DNA of 64,000 nt from Eledone cirrhosa (taxonomy: Eukaryota), in contig OZ024740.1 in NCBI GenBank assembly GCA_964016885.1, positions 250,728,001-250,792,000 of the forward strand, written 5' to 3'. Both the position numbers and the translations under genes were made by a program. A model generated the notes under the pieces. It was not told the DNA's origin. It worked only from the letters and a program-made list of their open reading frames with translations, and ran no database searches. This document shows positions 12,901-24,566 of this stretch, piece by piece. Every line of letters starts with the position of its first letter. Within the stretch, counting starts at the first letter, position 1.

Positions 12901-15715
12901 GTATTAGTTAAGTGGGCGTCAACAAAGTAGAGTCGATTAGGTTTAGCAAAGGAGTAGTGATAGAGGGAAATAGAGTAGAGGGAGAGCTAGTCAGAAAGCT
13001 AGAAGAGGCGTTTAGGACAGGCATCGCTACCGACGTGCTTGCGGCGAGATTGGCACTCGACCAATTCTTCAACGCAAAACACGAAGGCTGCGTTGTCAGA
13101 GCTAGAGCGCGTGCTCTGAAATACGAGGGGACGAAAGCCGTCCAATGAGCCCTGGTGGCAGAGGCGCGACGTGGCAACAAAGCCACAATTCGGTCTTTGT
13201 GTGACGAAAACGGGTGCGTGTTGCTCGAACCCGATCAGATGTGTGAGGCTTTTCAGCAGCACTTTGCTGAACTATTCGGGAGCGGCGGCGGGCCGGTTCG
13301 TTGTCTGGATTTCTGTGCATACCTCGACGGACTGCCTCGGCTCTCGATAACCGCAGCACAGTGTTGCGAAAAGCCGGTGAAATACGGGAAGCGATGGCTA
13401 ACTGCACGAGGGGTAAATTGCCAGGTTGGATGGTCTGCCCTACGAGATTTATGCATTTATGCCAGATTTGTTCGGTGACCTCTTGGCAGACGTCTACTGC
13501 AACTGGCAGCAGAACGGGAGCATTCCCATTTTTGTGAGCCAGGAAGCGGTGGCGCTGCTTAGAAAAGACCCGAACAAGGGGGATGTTATCGATAACTTCA
13601 GGCCCATAACTAAACGCAGAGTTCAAGATTTTGGCCTAGCTGTTAGCAACGAGCTTGGCGCTAGTCGTCGAGGGTCTGGTGGGAGAGTCGTATACATGCG
13701 CCATTCCGGACAGATCCAAACATGCGATACATCGTAGAGAGGGTGGTTAATGAACCTGGCACGGGTGGTGCCCTGATCAACTTGGATCAATCCAAAGCAT
13801 TCGATAGTGTCGACCATCGGTATCTGGCGGCGGTCCTCGAGGCAGCCGGTTTCGGGCCCGTTTTCAGGGGTTGGATCGCTGCAATGTACAGCGACATCAG
13901 CTCAGTTGTGAGGGTGAACGGTCACCTGTCGCAGCCGTTCAGCATCATGCGCTCGGTCCGCCAGGGTTGTCCCCTCTTGTCACACTTGTACGTATTGGCT
14001 CTCGAGCCGTTACTGCACAAACTGGGGGGTGATGAGGGGCGTCCCACGCTAACTAGGATGCGGGAAATCCGAGTCGGCTTTCGCCGACGACGTAACCGTG
14101 GTGGTGTCTTGCACCAGACACGTCCAGATGCTCGACACCAGTCTCAAGGAATAGGAAGCGGTGATAGTAGCAAGGATATACCAGGAAAAGTCGGTGGGCT
14201 TGCAGCTCAGCACCTGGAGAGGCAAGTCCATGCCGTCCCACAGCATCATGGGGCGTTGCACGGACGGACAGGTTAAATTGCTCAGGGTCTGGTTCGGACC
14301 GGACCTCCAGATGGAGAAAAACTGGAGCGAGGTGACGAGCAGGGTGGTCTCCCTCACCCAGAAATGGGCCGAGAGGAAGCTGTCCCTGAAAGGCCGGGTG
14401 GAGGTGGCGAATGCGTATATCGCATCCGTCATCTGCTACCGCCTGACCGTCGTCCCTTGCCCCGGCCCAACTCCCACCAAAATGGAGCGCCTCCTCTTCC
14501 GCTTTGTGTGGAAGGGACGCGCCCCCATGGTCAGACGATCCATCTGCTGTCAACACCCGTTACGTGGAGGACTGGGCATGCCATGGCTGATGATGCGCAA
14601 ACATGCGCTGAGACTGCGACATCTCTGGTGCTACCTTGACGATGAACAGGTGTGGTCACCGTTCACCAGGCACATTTTCCCACAGCTCGTCTCCTTGACG
14701 GAACTGCAGTCCTGGGTCAGGAAGAGAACAAGGGATAGCGCTTGGAAACTGGAATATCTCCAGGCGCGTACCGCCCTCTGCCAGCTGGGCAACAATATCG
14801 GTGGAACATCCACCTCGGCGTTCTATAGAGCACTATTGGAGGGGAAGAACGACGACGTTCTCGGAGAGATCCTGGGCGTCGAAGAAAATCAGCTGTTTGC
14901 TCTCTCGGAGAACATTCAGCTCAGGGCCTATGGATAACTTTCTGGCCTGGGGAGCTTTGCCGGTTCGAGATAAGCTCTACAGGCACGGAAGTGCCGTCAG
15001 CCGAGCCTGTCCGAGTTGCGCGCAGTGCGACGAAACCGTCGTGCACGCACTCGTTCAGTGCCCGAGCATTGCTGACTTGTGGAGCTATGTCGAACAGTTA
15101 CTGTCGCGTGTAGGACTGATCCGGTTATCGACTAAGTCCATTGTGCAGATGGTCTCGCCGTCTTCCTTCGAGGAGGAAGGGAGGCGGTTTTCATCTGCCT
15201 GGTGGCCATGGCGAAAGAGATTGTGTGGTGGATAAGGTTGAAAGGGTTAAAGACAGATACTTTCCTCTTCGGCGAATCCCTAAATAACTTTTTCAAGTTT
15301 CACTTGAAGAGGAAAATCAGGGTGGAGAAGCAAGTGCTGTCGTCTAGCAAGTTTGTTGAAAGGTGGGTGAATGTAGCGAGAATGGTCCGAGTGAACGGGA
15401 CCACTCTGAATATACGCTTGTAGTTTGAGGAATGGAAAAAAATTGAGAGAGGGCGCTTGCCCTGGTGGTCAGGGTGGCCGTGGGCTTTTGTGTGGTTTTC
15501 GCCACGAGTAACCCTATTGGGGAATTTTTCATTGTTTGAATTTTAATTTTTATTGTTTATATATATATGTTTCTACGTCGTTTTTTCTTTTTCGTTTCTT
15601 ATATAAATAATAAAAATCTTTACACGCACTAAACCCACATCGTACCGTCCTGTACCGTCCTCTGCCGTCTGTAATGTTTTTCTTGATGTCAGCCCTTGTG
15701 GCCAATAAAGAAATC
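9960..15715 (+). mobile_element. Tx1-clade non-LTR retrotransposon copy B, near full length, many frameshifts
   Basis: ORF1 remnants 10026-12075 (poly-N/S tract, SFAG, HRTVS, EGKRPKCF). ORF2 from ATG ~12109 to 15423 with APE, RT (QSKAFDSVDH, RQGCPL, FADD) and C-terminal CPSC..ETVVHALVQC. AATAAA at 15704 followed by ATC/ATT repeats. Confidence 0.93.
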
Positions 15716-15804
15716 ATCATTATTATTATTATTTGACATCGTTTAAACTAAACATTTTCAGAGACTGTAGAGATACAACAATAATTGTTTCTACGTTAGG
15801 CACA

Positions 15805-18800
15805 AAAAGCGTGAAGGGGCCAATTTTCTTTAACCATCTCTGGAAACTTTTTGACATAGTACCTAGTACGCCTATGACAATCGTGACCACTTTGACTTCA
15901 TGGCAGTTCCAAATCCTTTTTACCACCCACTTTAATTCCTGGTATCGGTTAATTTTCTCCCTCTCCTTCTCTTGCACTCTCGTGTCGAATGGGTAGGCCA
16001 CATCCACAATCAGGCACGATCTTTTTTCCTTGTCCAAAACCGCCAGGTCAGGTCTATTGTGTTCCAGTTTCTTGTCCGTCTGTATCCTAAAATCCCACAG
16101 CACCTTCACCTGATCGTTTTCTATCACCGACTCTGGCTTATGCTCATACCACTTCTCAGAATGTGTTAAATTGTTTACTTTGCATAGGTGCCAGTGGATC
16201 ACCCTGCCATCACATCATGCCACCAGCCTTTATAGTGAGTTTGGGCTAGGTGCTTACACTCGGATACAATATGAGCCACAGTCTCCTCTCTCTCTCCACA
16301 GATCCTGCACAGTGGGCTAGCCTCCTCCTTGTAAATATGGTGTTTCAGCCACTTCGCTTTGAGAGCCTGCTCTTGCGCAGCCATTAGCATTCCTTCTTTA
16401 GCCTTTTTAAGGTCTCCTCTTTTCAACCAGTTCCATGTCTGTGAATCTCTGAATTCAGTTTCTCAAAGAAGGTAATATGAAGGGATTTTTCATGAAGGCT
16501 GCTCTTTCTCCTTGTTGTTATTTTCTCCTTGGACATCCCCTGGTCTATTGTCCTCTCCTTCAGTACACTTCTTAGAATTGTCTCCTTACTATCGGTCACG
16601 TATTTGTGTAGGTTGTTTTTCTCCATCTGAACACAATCCTCTATGCTTATAAGAACTCTTCCACCTTCAGATCTCCTTAAGTAGAGTCTATCGACATCAC
16701 TCCTCTTGTGGAACATGTTGTAGATAGTCAATAGCTTCCTAGTCTTCCTATCCATTTCTTTTTGTTCAACAACGTTCCATCTCAGAATTTCCGCACTGTA
16801 CCTAATAATAGACACAGCTCGGGAATTTACTGTACTTATAGCATTCCTACTGTTCAGATGTGACTTTAATACGCTCCTTATTCTCCGATTGTATTCAGAT
16901 CTTATCAATTCCTTCATTTTTTTGTTCTTGATGTCATCTTCCCGAAGAGCTTAAGGTTATCCATGAAGAGGAGGTGATTGATGGTAAGCTCTCCCTTTCC
17001 CAACTTGTATCATGCTCTCACTTTTCGCAGTATAATGGTCAGGGGCATCAGAGCAAGGACAAACAACAGAGGGGACAGACTATCTCCCTGGAAGATACCT
17101 CTCTTGATCTTCACGCCTCCCAAGGATTCTCCAGCTGATGTTAACTCTGTTTTCCAGGACTTCATACTTATGCTCAACCACTGTCTGATGTTATCTGACA
17201 CCCTGAAGATCTCTAGGCTTTTGGTGATCCAAGAATGAGGCACCATGTCAAATGCCTTTTTGTAGTCTATCCATCCCATGGCAAGACCAGTGTGTCTCCT
17301 CTTGCAATTCCTCATTACCATCTTATGAATAAGTAACTGGTCTTTTATACCACGGGACTTCTTTCGGCATCCTTTCTGTTCGTCCAGTAACAAGTTGTTT
17401 GTGCGGAGGTGATGGTAGATTTCCTCAGACATAATGCTTGTCAACAGTTTCCACATTACGGACAGACATGTGATAGGTCTATAGTTGGTAACATCATTAC
17501 CCTTGATTCGGTATTTCATTACCAGAACTGTGGTACCTTTTGTCAACCACTCTGGTACCTCACCTGACATCAAGCAGTCATTGAACATGTTTGTCAGTTT
17601 CGGGTTGAGGGATGTTATATTTTTAATCCAATACCCCTGCACACCATCTGCGCCTGGTGATTTCCGGTTGGTTACTTTTTTGGCCTGCCTCTTAAAAGTT
17701 TCAACTGTGATACTCAAATCAGTTTGTTGGTGTGCCTGTTCACTAATCTCCTTCTGTACTGTCTCAATCCACACTGCCTGGTCATTATGTTTAAAATCCT
17801 GCTCCCATATTCCTCTCCAGAATGTCTTAGTTTGTTCCGCCTCAGGGATCAAGTCGTTGCCTCTTTCTTTCCCTTCAAGCTGCCCAAACAACATCTTCTG
17901 GTTGTTGTTAAACATGTGGTTCTTGTCTATACTGACTGACTCTGTTCTCGTATCGCCTAATTTTTGCACTCTTTGCTACAATGCGTTGCTTCAGTTCCTC
18001 TATGATAATATTTAGCTTTTTCCTCCTAGTTGTGTACTTTATTTCCAGTGTATTTTTAGAGTCTATGTTTTTTAGTGTCCCATTATGTAGGGACTCAAGC
18101 TTTCCAATGTCATTTCTCATTTCCCTCATTTGACCATTCAGTCGTTTCTTCCACCAAGGTTCTGATCTTTCTTGTTTGTTGTTTCCTCTCGCTTTTATGC
18201 CAAGTAATTTCCTCACCGCATTTGCTGTTGCTTTGAGGATATTGTTGCACTGGTGAAGGCTCCTCGCCTCAAGGTATGGGATGACTTTGTTTACCTTAGC
18301 TGTTGTTTCTTTTAACTTTTTCCTGTCTACAAATCTTAGGTTCATAGGTTTCCCACTATCATTGTTCATTTCATCTACCACTAAGTTTAGGATACCAACC
18401 AACTCTTGTCCTAGCCCGTTAGCATTCGTCTCCTCAATGGCCGTATCTCTGTTCCAGGTATTATTTATTTCAGCATTCAGATCATTGTCTGCTTCGGATG
18501 GTTCCTCCGTTCCCTCAACCTCTTCACCTTCGTTTCCCACTGGCTCGTTTGCCTGGCATACTCCACTCTCCATTTCCAACCTAATGTCTCTGCTCTGTTC
18601 CTCCAGTTCCAGCTCGCTTATCCACCCATTAATTCTTATTACCCGAGCCTGCCTGGCCATTTTTTTTCATCTAATTTAAATAGACCAATCTTGTTCCAGA
18701 TGTTATGCATCCGTTTCCTAGAGCCTTTTTCCTTGGGGTTACTCTTCAGGTATAACAGTTCTATTCAATTCTTTCGTCCAGTTGGTTCTGGTCCCTTTCC

Positions 18801-19704
18801 TTCTTCTTCTTCCTCCGACACCAGCAGTATTTGGATGACAGCCAGGTCCCTGCTGCTGAGCCAGGGAGCACCTGCTGGGTGAGAGTCTGTCACATGACAT
18901 TCCAATCTCCACTTCACCGTTATTTGAACTGTTTAAGTTCGACATTTAAACACTCTTATCGAGGATTGGTGAATGTATGATTACAAAACCACCAGTGATT
19001 TCATCACCCCCGGTGATTTTAGTGTGGCACTATCATGCTGTAGACGAACATAAATAAACAAACAAACAAATGGGTACCCCCCCCCCATAAATAAAACAAT
19101 AAGCATAAGTTTGATTGTAATGTAATGTTTGAATGTCTGACTTAGTTTTTTTTCTTGTCTGTCTGTTTTTCTTTTATTTTTCCTTTTCTTTACGTTTTTC
19201 ATTGCTCCTGTGCTGTTTTGATTTTGATTTTTGGTTTTTTGATTTTTTGACCGGGTCATCAAATCAGTCTATTTATATATTTTGATGCCTTCCTCATTTA
19301 GTGGGAGTACTAAGATGCCTGTCTTAGCAGGAGGTAGTGGGAGAGAATAGCGGCGGTAGCGATAATGAGGCAGCGATGGTGGTGATGTGATCGTAGTACT
19401 GTAGTGATGGTGTTGAAGTAGAAATAGAAGTTGAGGTAACTTGACTAGAGTTTTTGCCTGTCTGTCCACTTAGCCATTTTTCTCTTTTCCGACTATAACA
19501 TTTCTGATCCAAAATTAAATATTAAATATTGGGGCCATATGCTGTAATGTGATGCGTTGTCGCTTGCTGAGAGTCAAAATTGTAATCTTATACTTCATTT
19601 GTAATAAGAATTATTCTATCACAGTTGTTTTAAATAAGTAAAAATCAAAAACTTACGAGAGCGATTCCATAACGATATATATCCACCATGTGCGTTTTCT
19701 TCCC
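15805..19704 (-). mobile_element. R4/Dong-clade RLE retrotransposon family 1, copy 2, decayed with internal deletion
   Basis: ORF pieces 15729-18945 are highly similar to ORF 20049-23297. The RT region after FMDN is deleted (~16940). Retains ATG at 18945 (MSNLNSS). 5' end GGGAAGAA next to an ATT tract. Confidence 0.93.
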
Positions 19705-19714
19705 TATTATTATT

Positions 19715-19944
19715 CTGGGAGAGGGCACTTGCCCTGGTGGTCAGGGTCACTGTGGCCTTTTAATGGGCTTTCTCCACAAATGTCCCTCGGAAGTCTCCCC
19801 CCTATTGGGGAATTTTTCATTGTTATTTTTTTATTACATCCTCTGTTTTTTTTCACGCAGAAATGCCCATTGTACCGTACTATATTGTCCTACACTGTCC
19901 TTAATGTCTACGTTATGTAAACCCTTGTGGTTAATAAAGAAATC
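19715..19944 (+). mobile_element. 5'-truncated Tx1 3' UTR fragment (copy D) between ATT tracts
   Basis: GAGAGGGC.CTTGCCCTGGTGGTCAGGGT...CCCTTGTGG..AATAAAGAAATC matches 15446-15715. Confidence 0.85.
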
Positions 19945-19974
19945 ATTATTATTATTATTATTATTGTTGTTATT

Positions 19975-22900
19975 CCTTGAATCTCAGTCATTGATGTTGG
20001 TTAACTGTAAAGTCCGTTGGAATGAATATCAAGCCACTACCTGCAGCCTCAGATATTCAGGACGTATCGGAGGGTTCTTGCTGTTCCAAGCAAGCATGCC
20101 TTTTGAAGCGTTCCAAAAAGCGTGAAGGGGCCGATTTTCTTTAACCATCCCTGGAAACTTTTGGAGATAGTCCCCAGTGCGCCTATGACAATCGGGATCA
20201 CTTTGACTTCATGGCAGTTCCAAATCCTTTTCACCTCCCACTTTAGGTCCTGGTATCGGTTAATTTTCTCCCTCTCCTTCTCTTGCACTCTCGTGTCGAA
20301 CGGGCAGGCCACATCCACAATCAGACACGATCTTTTTTCTTTGTCCACAACCACCAGGTCAGGTCTATTGTGTTCCAGTTTTTTGTCCGTCTGTATCCTA
20401 AAATCCCACAGCACCTTCACCTGATTGTTCTCCATCACCGCCTCTGGCCTATGCTCATACCATTTCTCAGAATGTGGTAAATTGTTTACTTTGCACAGGT
20501 GCCAGTGGATCACCCTGCCCATCACATCGTGTCTCCAGCCCTTATAGTGGGTCTGGGCTAGGTGTTTACACTCGGACACAATGTGAGCCACAGTCTCCTC
20601 TCTCTCTCCACAGATCCTGCACAGTGGGCTAGCCTCCTCCTTGTAAATATGGTGCTTCAACCACTTCGTTTTGAGGGCCTGCTCCTGCGCAGCCATTAGC
20701 ATTCCTTCTGTAGCCTTTTTGAGGTCTCCTCTTCTCGACCAGTTCCATGTCTGTGGATCTCTAAATTCAGTTTTCTCAAAGAAGGTACTATGAAGGGATT
20801 TTCCCTTAAGGCTGCTCTTCCTCCTTGATGTTATTTCCTCCTTGGACATCCCCTGGCCTACTGTCCCCTCCTTCAGTACAATTCTGAGCATTGGCTCCTT
20901 ACTATAGGTCACGTATTTGTATAGGTTGTTTTTCTCCATCTGAACACAGTCCTCTATGCTGATAAGACCTCTTCCACCCTCAGATCTCCTTAGGTAGAGT
21001 ATATCGACATCACTCCTCTTGTGGAACATGTTGTAGATAGTCAATAGCTTCCTAGTCTTCCTATCCATTTCTTTTTGTTCAGCAACATTCCATCTCAGAA
21101 TTCCCGCACTGTACCTAATAATAGACACAGCTCGGGAATTTACTGCGCTTATGGCATTTCTGCTGTTCAGATGTGACTTCAATACGCTCCTTACTCTCCG
21201 AATGTATTCAGTTCTTAACAATTCCTTCATTTTTTTGTTCTTTATGCCATCAGCCTCCAGAACGCCCAAATACTTGTATCCTTCCTCAGAGTCAATTTCT
21301 TTTATCATCTCACCTGTTGGTATCTGGATCCCGTTACTTCTGCTCAACCTACCCCTCCTCATCACAATGACTCCACATTTACCAATACCAAACTGCATAC
21401 ATATATCACTGCTGAAAATACGGACAGTGTCAACAAGCACATCCAACTCCTTCTCACTTTTCCCGAAGAGCTTAAGATCGTCCATGAAGAGGAGGTGATT
21501 GATGGTAAGCTCTCCCCTTCCCAACTTGTATCCTGCTCTCACTTTTCGCAGCATAATGGTCAAGGGCATCAGGGCAAGGACAAACAACAGAGGGGACAGG
21601 CTATCTCCCTGGAAGATACCTCTCTTGATCTTCACGCTTCCCAAGGATACTCCAGTTGATGTCAACTCTGTCTCCCAGGACCCCATACTCCTGCCTAGCA
21701 ACTGTCTGATGTTATCTGCCACCCTGAAGATCTCCAGGCTTTTGGTGATCCAAGAATGAGGCACCATGTCAAATGCCTTTCTGTAGTCTATCCATCCCAT
21801 GGCAAGATCAGTGTGTCTCCTCCTGCAATTCCCCATTACCATCTTATCAATAAGTAACTGGTCCTTTGTACCACGTGACTTCTTTCGGCATCCTTTCTGT
21901 TCGTCCGGTAACAAGTTGTTTGTGTGGAGGTGATGGTAGATTTCCTCAGACACAATGCTCGTCAACAGTTTCCAGATTACGGACAGACATGTGATGGGTC
22001 TATAGTTGGTAACATCATTACCCTTGATTCGGTCTTTCATTATCAGAACTGCGGTACCTTTTGTCAACCACTCTGGCACCTCACCCGACACCAAGCAGTC
22101 ATTGAACATGGCCGTCAGCTTCGGGTGGAGGGATGTTAAATGTTTAATCCAATACCCCTGCACACCATCTGGGCCTGGTGATTTCCAGTTGGTTAGTTTT
22201 TTGGCCTGCCCCTTAAGAGTTTCAACTGTGATACTCAACTCAGTTTGTTGTTGTGCCTGCTCACCGATCTCCCTCTGTACTGTCTCAATCCACCCTGCCT
22301 GGGCATTGTGTCTAACATCCTGCTCCCATATTCCTCTCCAGAATGTTTTAGTTTGCTCCGCCCCAGGGATCAAGTCGTTGCCTCTTTCTTTCCCCTCAAG
22401 CTGTCCAAACAGCATCTTCTGGTTGTTGTCGAACATGCGGTTCTGTTTATACTGACTGACTCTGTTCTCGTATCGCCTGATTTGTGCACTCTTTGCTACA
22501 ATGCGTTGCTTCAGTTCCTCTATGATAATATTTAGCTTTTTCCTCCTAGTTTTGTATTTTATTTCCAGTCTATTTTTAGTGCCTATGTTTTTTAGTGTCC
22601 CATTCAGTAGTGACTCAAGCTTTCCTATGTCATTTCTCATTTCCCCGATTTGCCCACTCAGTCGTTTCTTCCACCACGGCTCTGCTCTTTCTTGTCTGTT
22701 GTTTCCTCTCGCTTTTATACCAAGTAGTTTCCTCACCGTATTTGCTGTTGCTTTGAGGATATTGTTGCACTGGTGAAGGCTCCTCGCCTCAAGGTATGGG
22801 ATGACTTTGTTTACCTTAGCTGTTGTTTCTTTTAACTTTTTCCTGTCTACAAATCTTAGGTTCATAGGTCTCCCACTATCATTGTTCAATTCATCTACCA

Positions 22901-24521
22901 CTAAATTTAGGATGTCAACCGAATCTTGTCCTAGCCCGTCAGCATTCATCTCCTCAGTGGCCGTATCTCTGTTCCAGGTATTATTTATCTCAGTATTCAG
23001 ATCATTGTCTGCTTCGGGTGGTTCCTCCGTTCTCAGGACCTCTTCACCTTCATTTCCCACTGGCTCGCTTGTCTGGCATACTACACCCACCATCTCCAAG
23101 CCATTCTCTCTGCTCAGTTCCTCCAGTTCCAGCTCGCTTATCCACCCATTAGTTCTTATTACCCGAGCCTGCCCGGCCAATTTTTGTTCATCTAATTTAA
23201 ATAAACCAATCTCGTTCCAGATGTTATGCATCCGTCTCCTGTAGCCCCTCTCCTTGGGGTTACTTTTCAGGTAACATTGCATAACAGTTCTATTCAATTA
23301 TTTCGTCCAGTTGGTTCTGGCCCCTTTCCTTCTTCTCCTTCCTCCAACATCAGCAGTATTTGGTTGACAGTCAGGTTCCTGCTGCTGAGCCAGGGGGCAC
23401 CTGTTGGGTGAGAGTCTGTCACATCACGTTCTAGTCTCCATTTCACCGTTATTCGAACTGTTTATGTTCGATATTTAAACACTCTTATCGAGGATTGGTG
23501 AATGTATGGTTACATAGCCATCTGTGGATCCGCCATTCCACTTGGCCCTTGTGTGGCATTATCACCACGCTGTATACGAACACACATAAACAAACAAACA
23601 CACAGGCAGAAAGGGCCCCAAAAATGAATAGCATAAGTTTCATTGTAATGTAGTGTTCGAATATCTGACTTAGTTTTTGTTTTTTAAGTTTTAGTTTTTC
23701 CCCCCTCTTCTCTGTCCGTCCGCCTGCTTCTCTCTTCATTCTTATTTTCTTTACGTTTTTGGGGTTTTTTTGTTTCTTTGTTTTTTTGTTTTTCTCTGTT
23801 TGTTTTTCTCGTTTTTTGCTGTTGTTGCTGTGCTGCTTTGGTTTTGTTGTTTGTTTTTTCTTTTTTCTTTTGAGTCTATCTATATATTTTGATGCCTTCC
23901 TCTTTTTTAGCAGTAGGAATTCTATAATGTGGTGGCAGCAGCCAGCTGGGAGATGTGGAAGATTGGCGGCGGTAGCGATACTGAGACAGTGGTGGTGGTG
24001 ATGTCGATACCGAGGCAGTGGTGGCGGTGATGTGACCGTATTACTGTAGTGATGGTGCTGTAGCGGTGGTAGCAGTGAAGGAGTGAAGGGGTGGTGGCGG
24101 CGGTGATGGGATAATGGTGGTAATGATGGCCGTAGTGAGCGGTGGTGGTGAAAATGCCGTTATCTGGCTGTTGTGTTTAGTGTACACAGGTGATGGGGTG
24201 GGTGGTGTATCTAGTTTCTGGTGTTGGTGAGTTTGGCTGTTCTATATAGTGTAGACAGAGGAGAGGAGGGGGGGGGGTTCTTCTTCCATTTATAGCCATT
24301 TTCTTTTTTGGATATACAGTGTACAATAAAAAGTTGAATATTTGAATATTTGAGCCTTATAACAATATATTTTGGGTCCGAATTTTTTGGGGCTCAAGCC
24401 GGGTGCTTTACGTAGCATTTGTACTAAGAGTTGTTATTTCACAAATGATTTAAATATGTTAAAAATTCAAAACTTACGGGAGCGATTTCATGACCTCCGT
24501 CACCTCGTGCGTCTTCTTCCC
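19975..24521 (-). mobile_element. Full-length R4/Dong-clade RLE retrotransposon (family 1, copy 3) inserted in (TAA)n
   Basis: Single long ORF with RT, CCHC and restriction-like endonuclease domains. (TTA)n tracts at both ends (19945-19974, 24522-24565). TAA-repeat targeting is the known property of Dong elements. Confidence 0.93.
20049..23297 (-). CDS. RT + CCHC zinc knuckle + restriction-like endonuclease polyprotein (1082 aa open; ancestral start probably ~23473)
   Basis: WKSPGPDGVQGYW, NYRPITCL, WIDYRKAFDMVPH, GIFQGDSLSP, HLLFMDDLKLF, CRICGEREETVAHIVSEC, RHD, RPDLVVVD..IVDVACP..EK..RY. In-frame TAA at 23298-23300 and ATG>ATA change relative to copy 2. Confidence 0.9.
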   Translation of the reverse strand: MNRTVMQCYLKSNPKERGYRRRMHNIWNEIGLFKLDEQKLAGQARVIRTNGWISELELEELSRENGLEMVGVVCQTSEPVGNEGEEVLRTEEPPEADNDLNTEINNTWNRDTATEEMNADGLGQDSVDILNLVVDELNNDSGRPMNLRFVDRKKLKETTAKVNKVIPYLEARSLHQCNNILKATANTVRKLLGIKARGNNRQERAEPWWKKRLSGQIGEMRNDIGKLESLLNGTLKNIGTKNRLEIKYKTRRKKLNIIIEELKQRIVAKSAQIRRYENRVSQYKQNRMFDNNQKMLFGQLEGKERGNDLIPGAEQTKTFWRGIWEQDVRHNAQAGWIETVQREIGEQAQQQTELSITVETLKGQAKKLTNWKSPGPDGVQGYWIKHLTSLHPKLTAMFNDCLVSGEVPEWLTKGTAVLIMKDRIKGNDVTNYRPITCLSVIWKLLTSIVSEEIYHHLHTNNLLPDEQKGCRKKSRGTKDQLLIDKMVMGNCRRRHTDLAMGWIDYRKAFDMVPHSWITKSLEIFRVADNIRQLLGRSMGSWETELTSTGVSLGSVKIKRGIFQGDSLSPLLFVLALMPLTIMLRKVRAGYKLGRGELTINHLLFMDDLKLFGKSEKELDVLVDTVRIFSSDICMQFGIGKCGVIVMRRGRLSRSNGIQIPTGEMIKEIDSEEGYKYLGVLEADGIKNKKMKELLRTEYIRRVRSVLKSHLNSRNAISAVNSRAVSIIRYSAGILRWNVAEQKEMDRKTRKLLTIYNMFHKRSDVDILYLRRSEGGRGLISIEDCVQMEKNNLYKYVTYSKEPMLRIVLKEGTVGQGMSKEEITSRRKSSLKGKSLHSTFFEKTEFRDPQTWNWSRRGDLKKATEGMLMAAQEQALKTKWLKHHIYKEEASPLCRICGEREETVAHIVSECKHLAQTHYKGWRHDVMGRVIHWHLCKVNNLPHSEKWYEHRPEAVMENNQVKVLWDFRIQTDKKLEHNRPDLVVVDKEKRSCLIVDVACPFDTRVQEKEREKINRYQDLKWEVKRIWNCHEVKVIPIVIGALGTISKSFQGWLKKIGPFTLFGTLQKACLLGTARTLRYVLNI

Positions 24522-24565
<44 letters not shown>

Positions 24566-24566
24566 G

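Noticed and set aside
20122-23244. Plus-strand ORFs over the Dong element (also 16978-18679, and opposite-strand ORFs over the Tx1 copies)
   Set aside because: Antisense shadows of retrotransposon ORFs, with no independent motifs.
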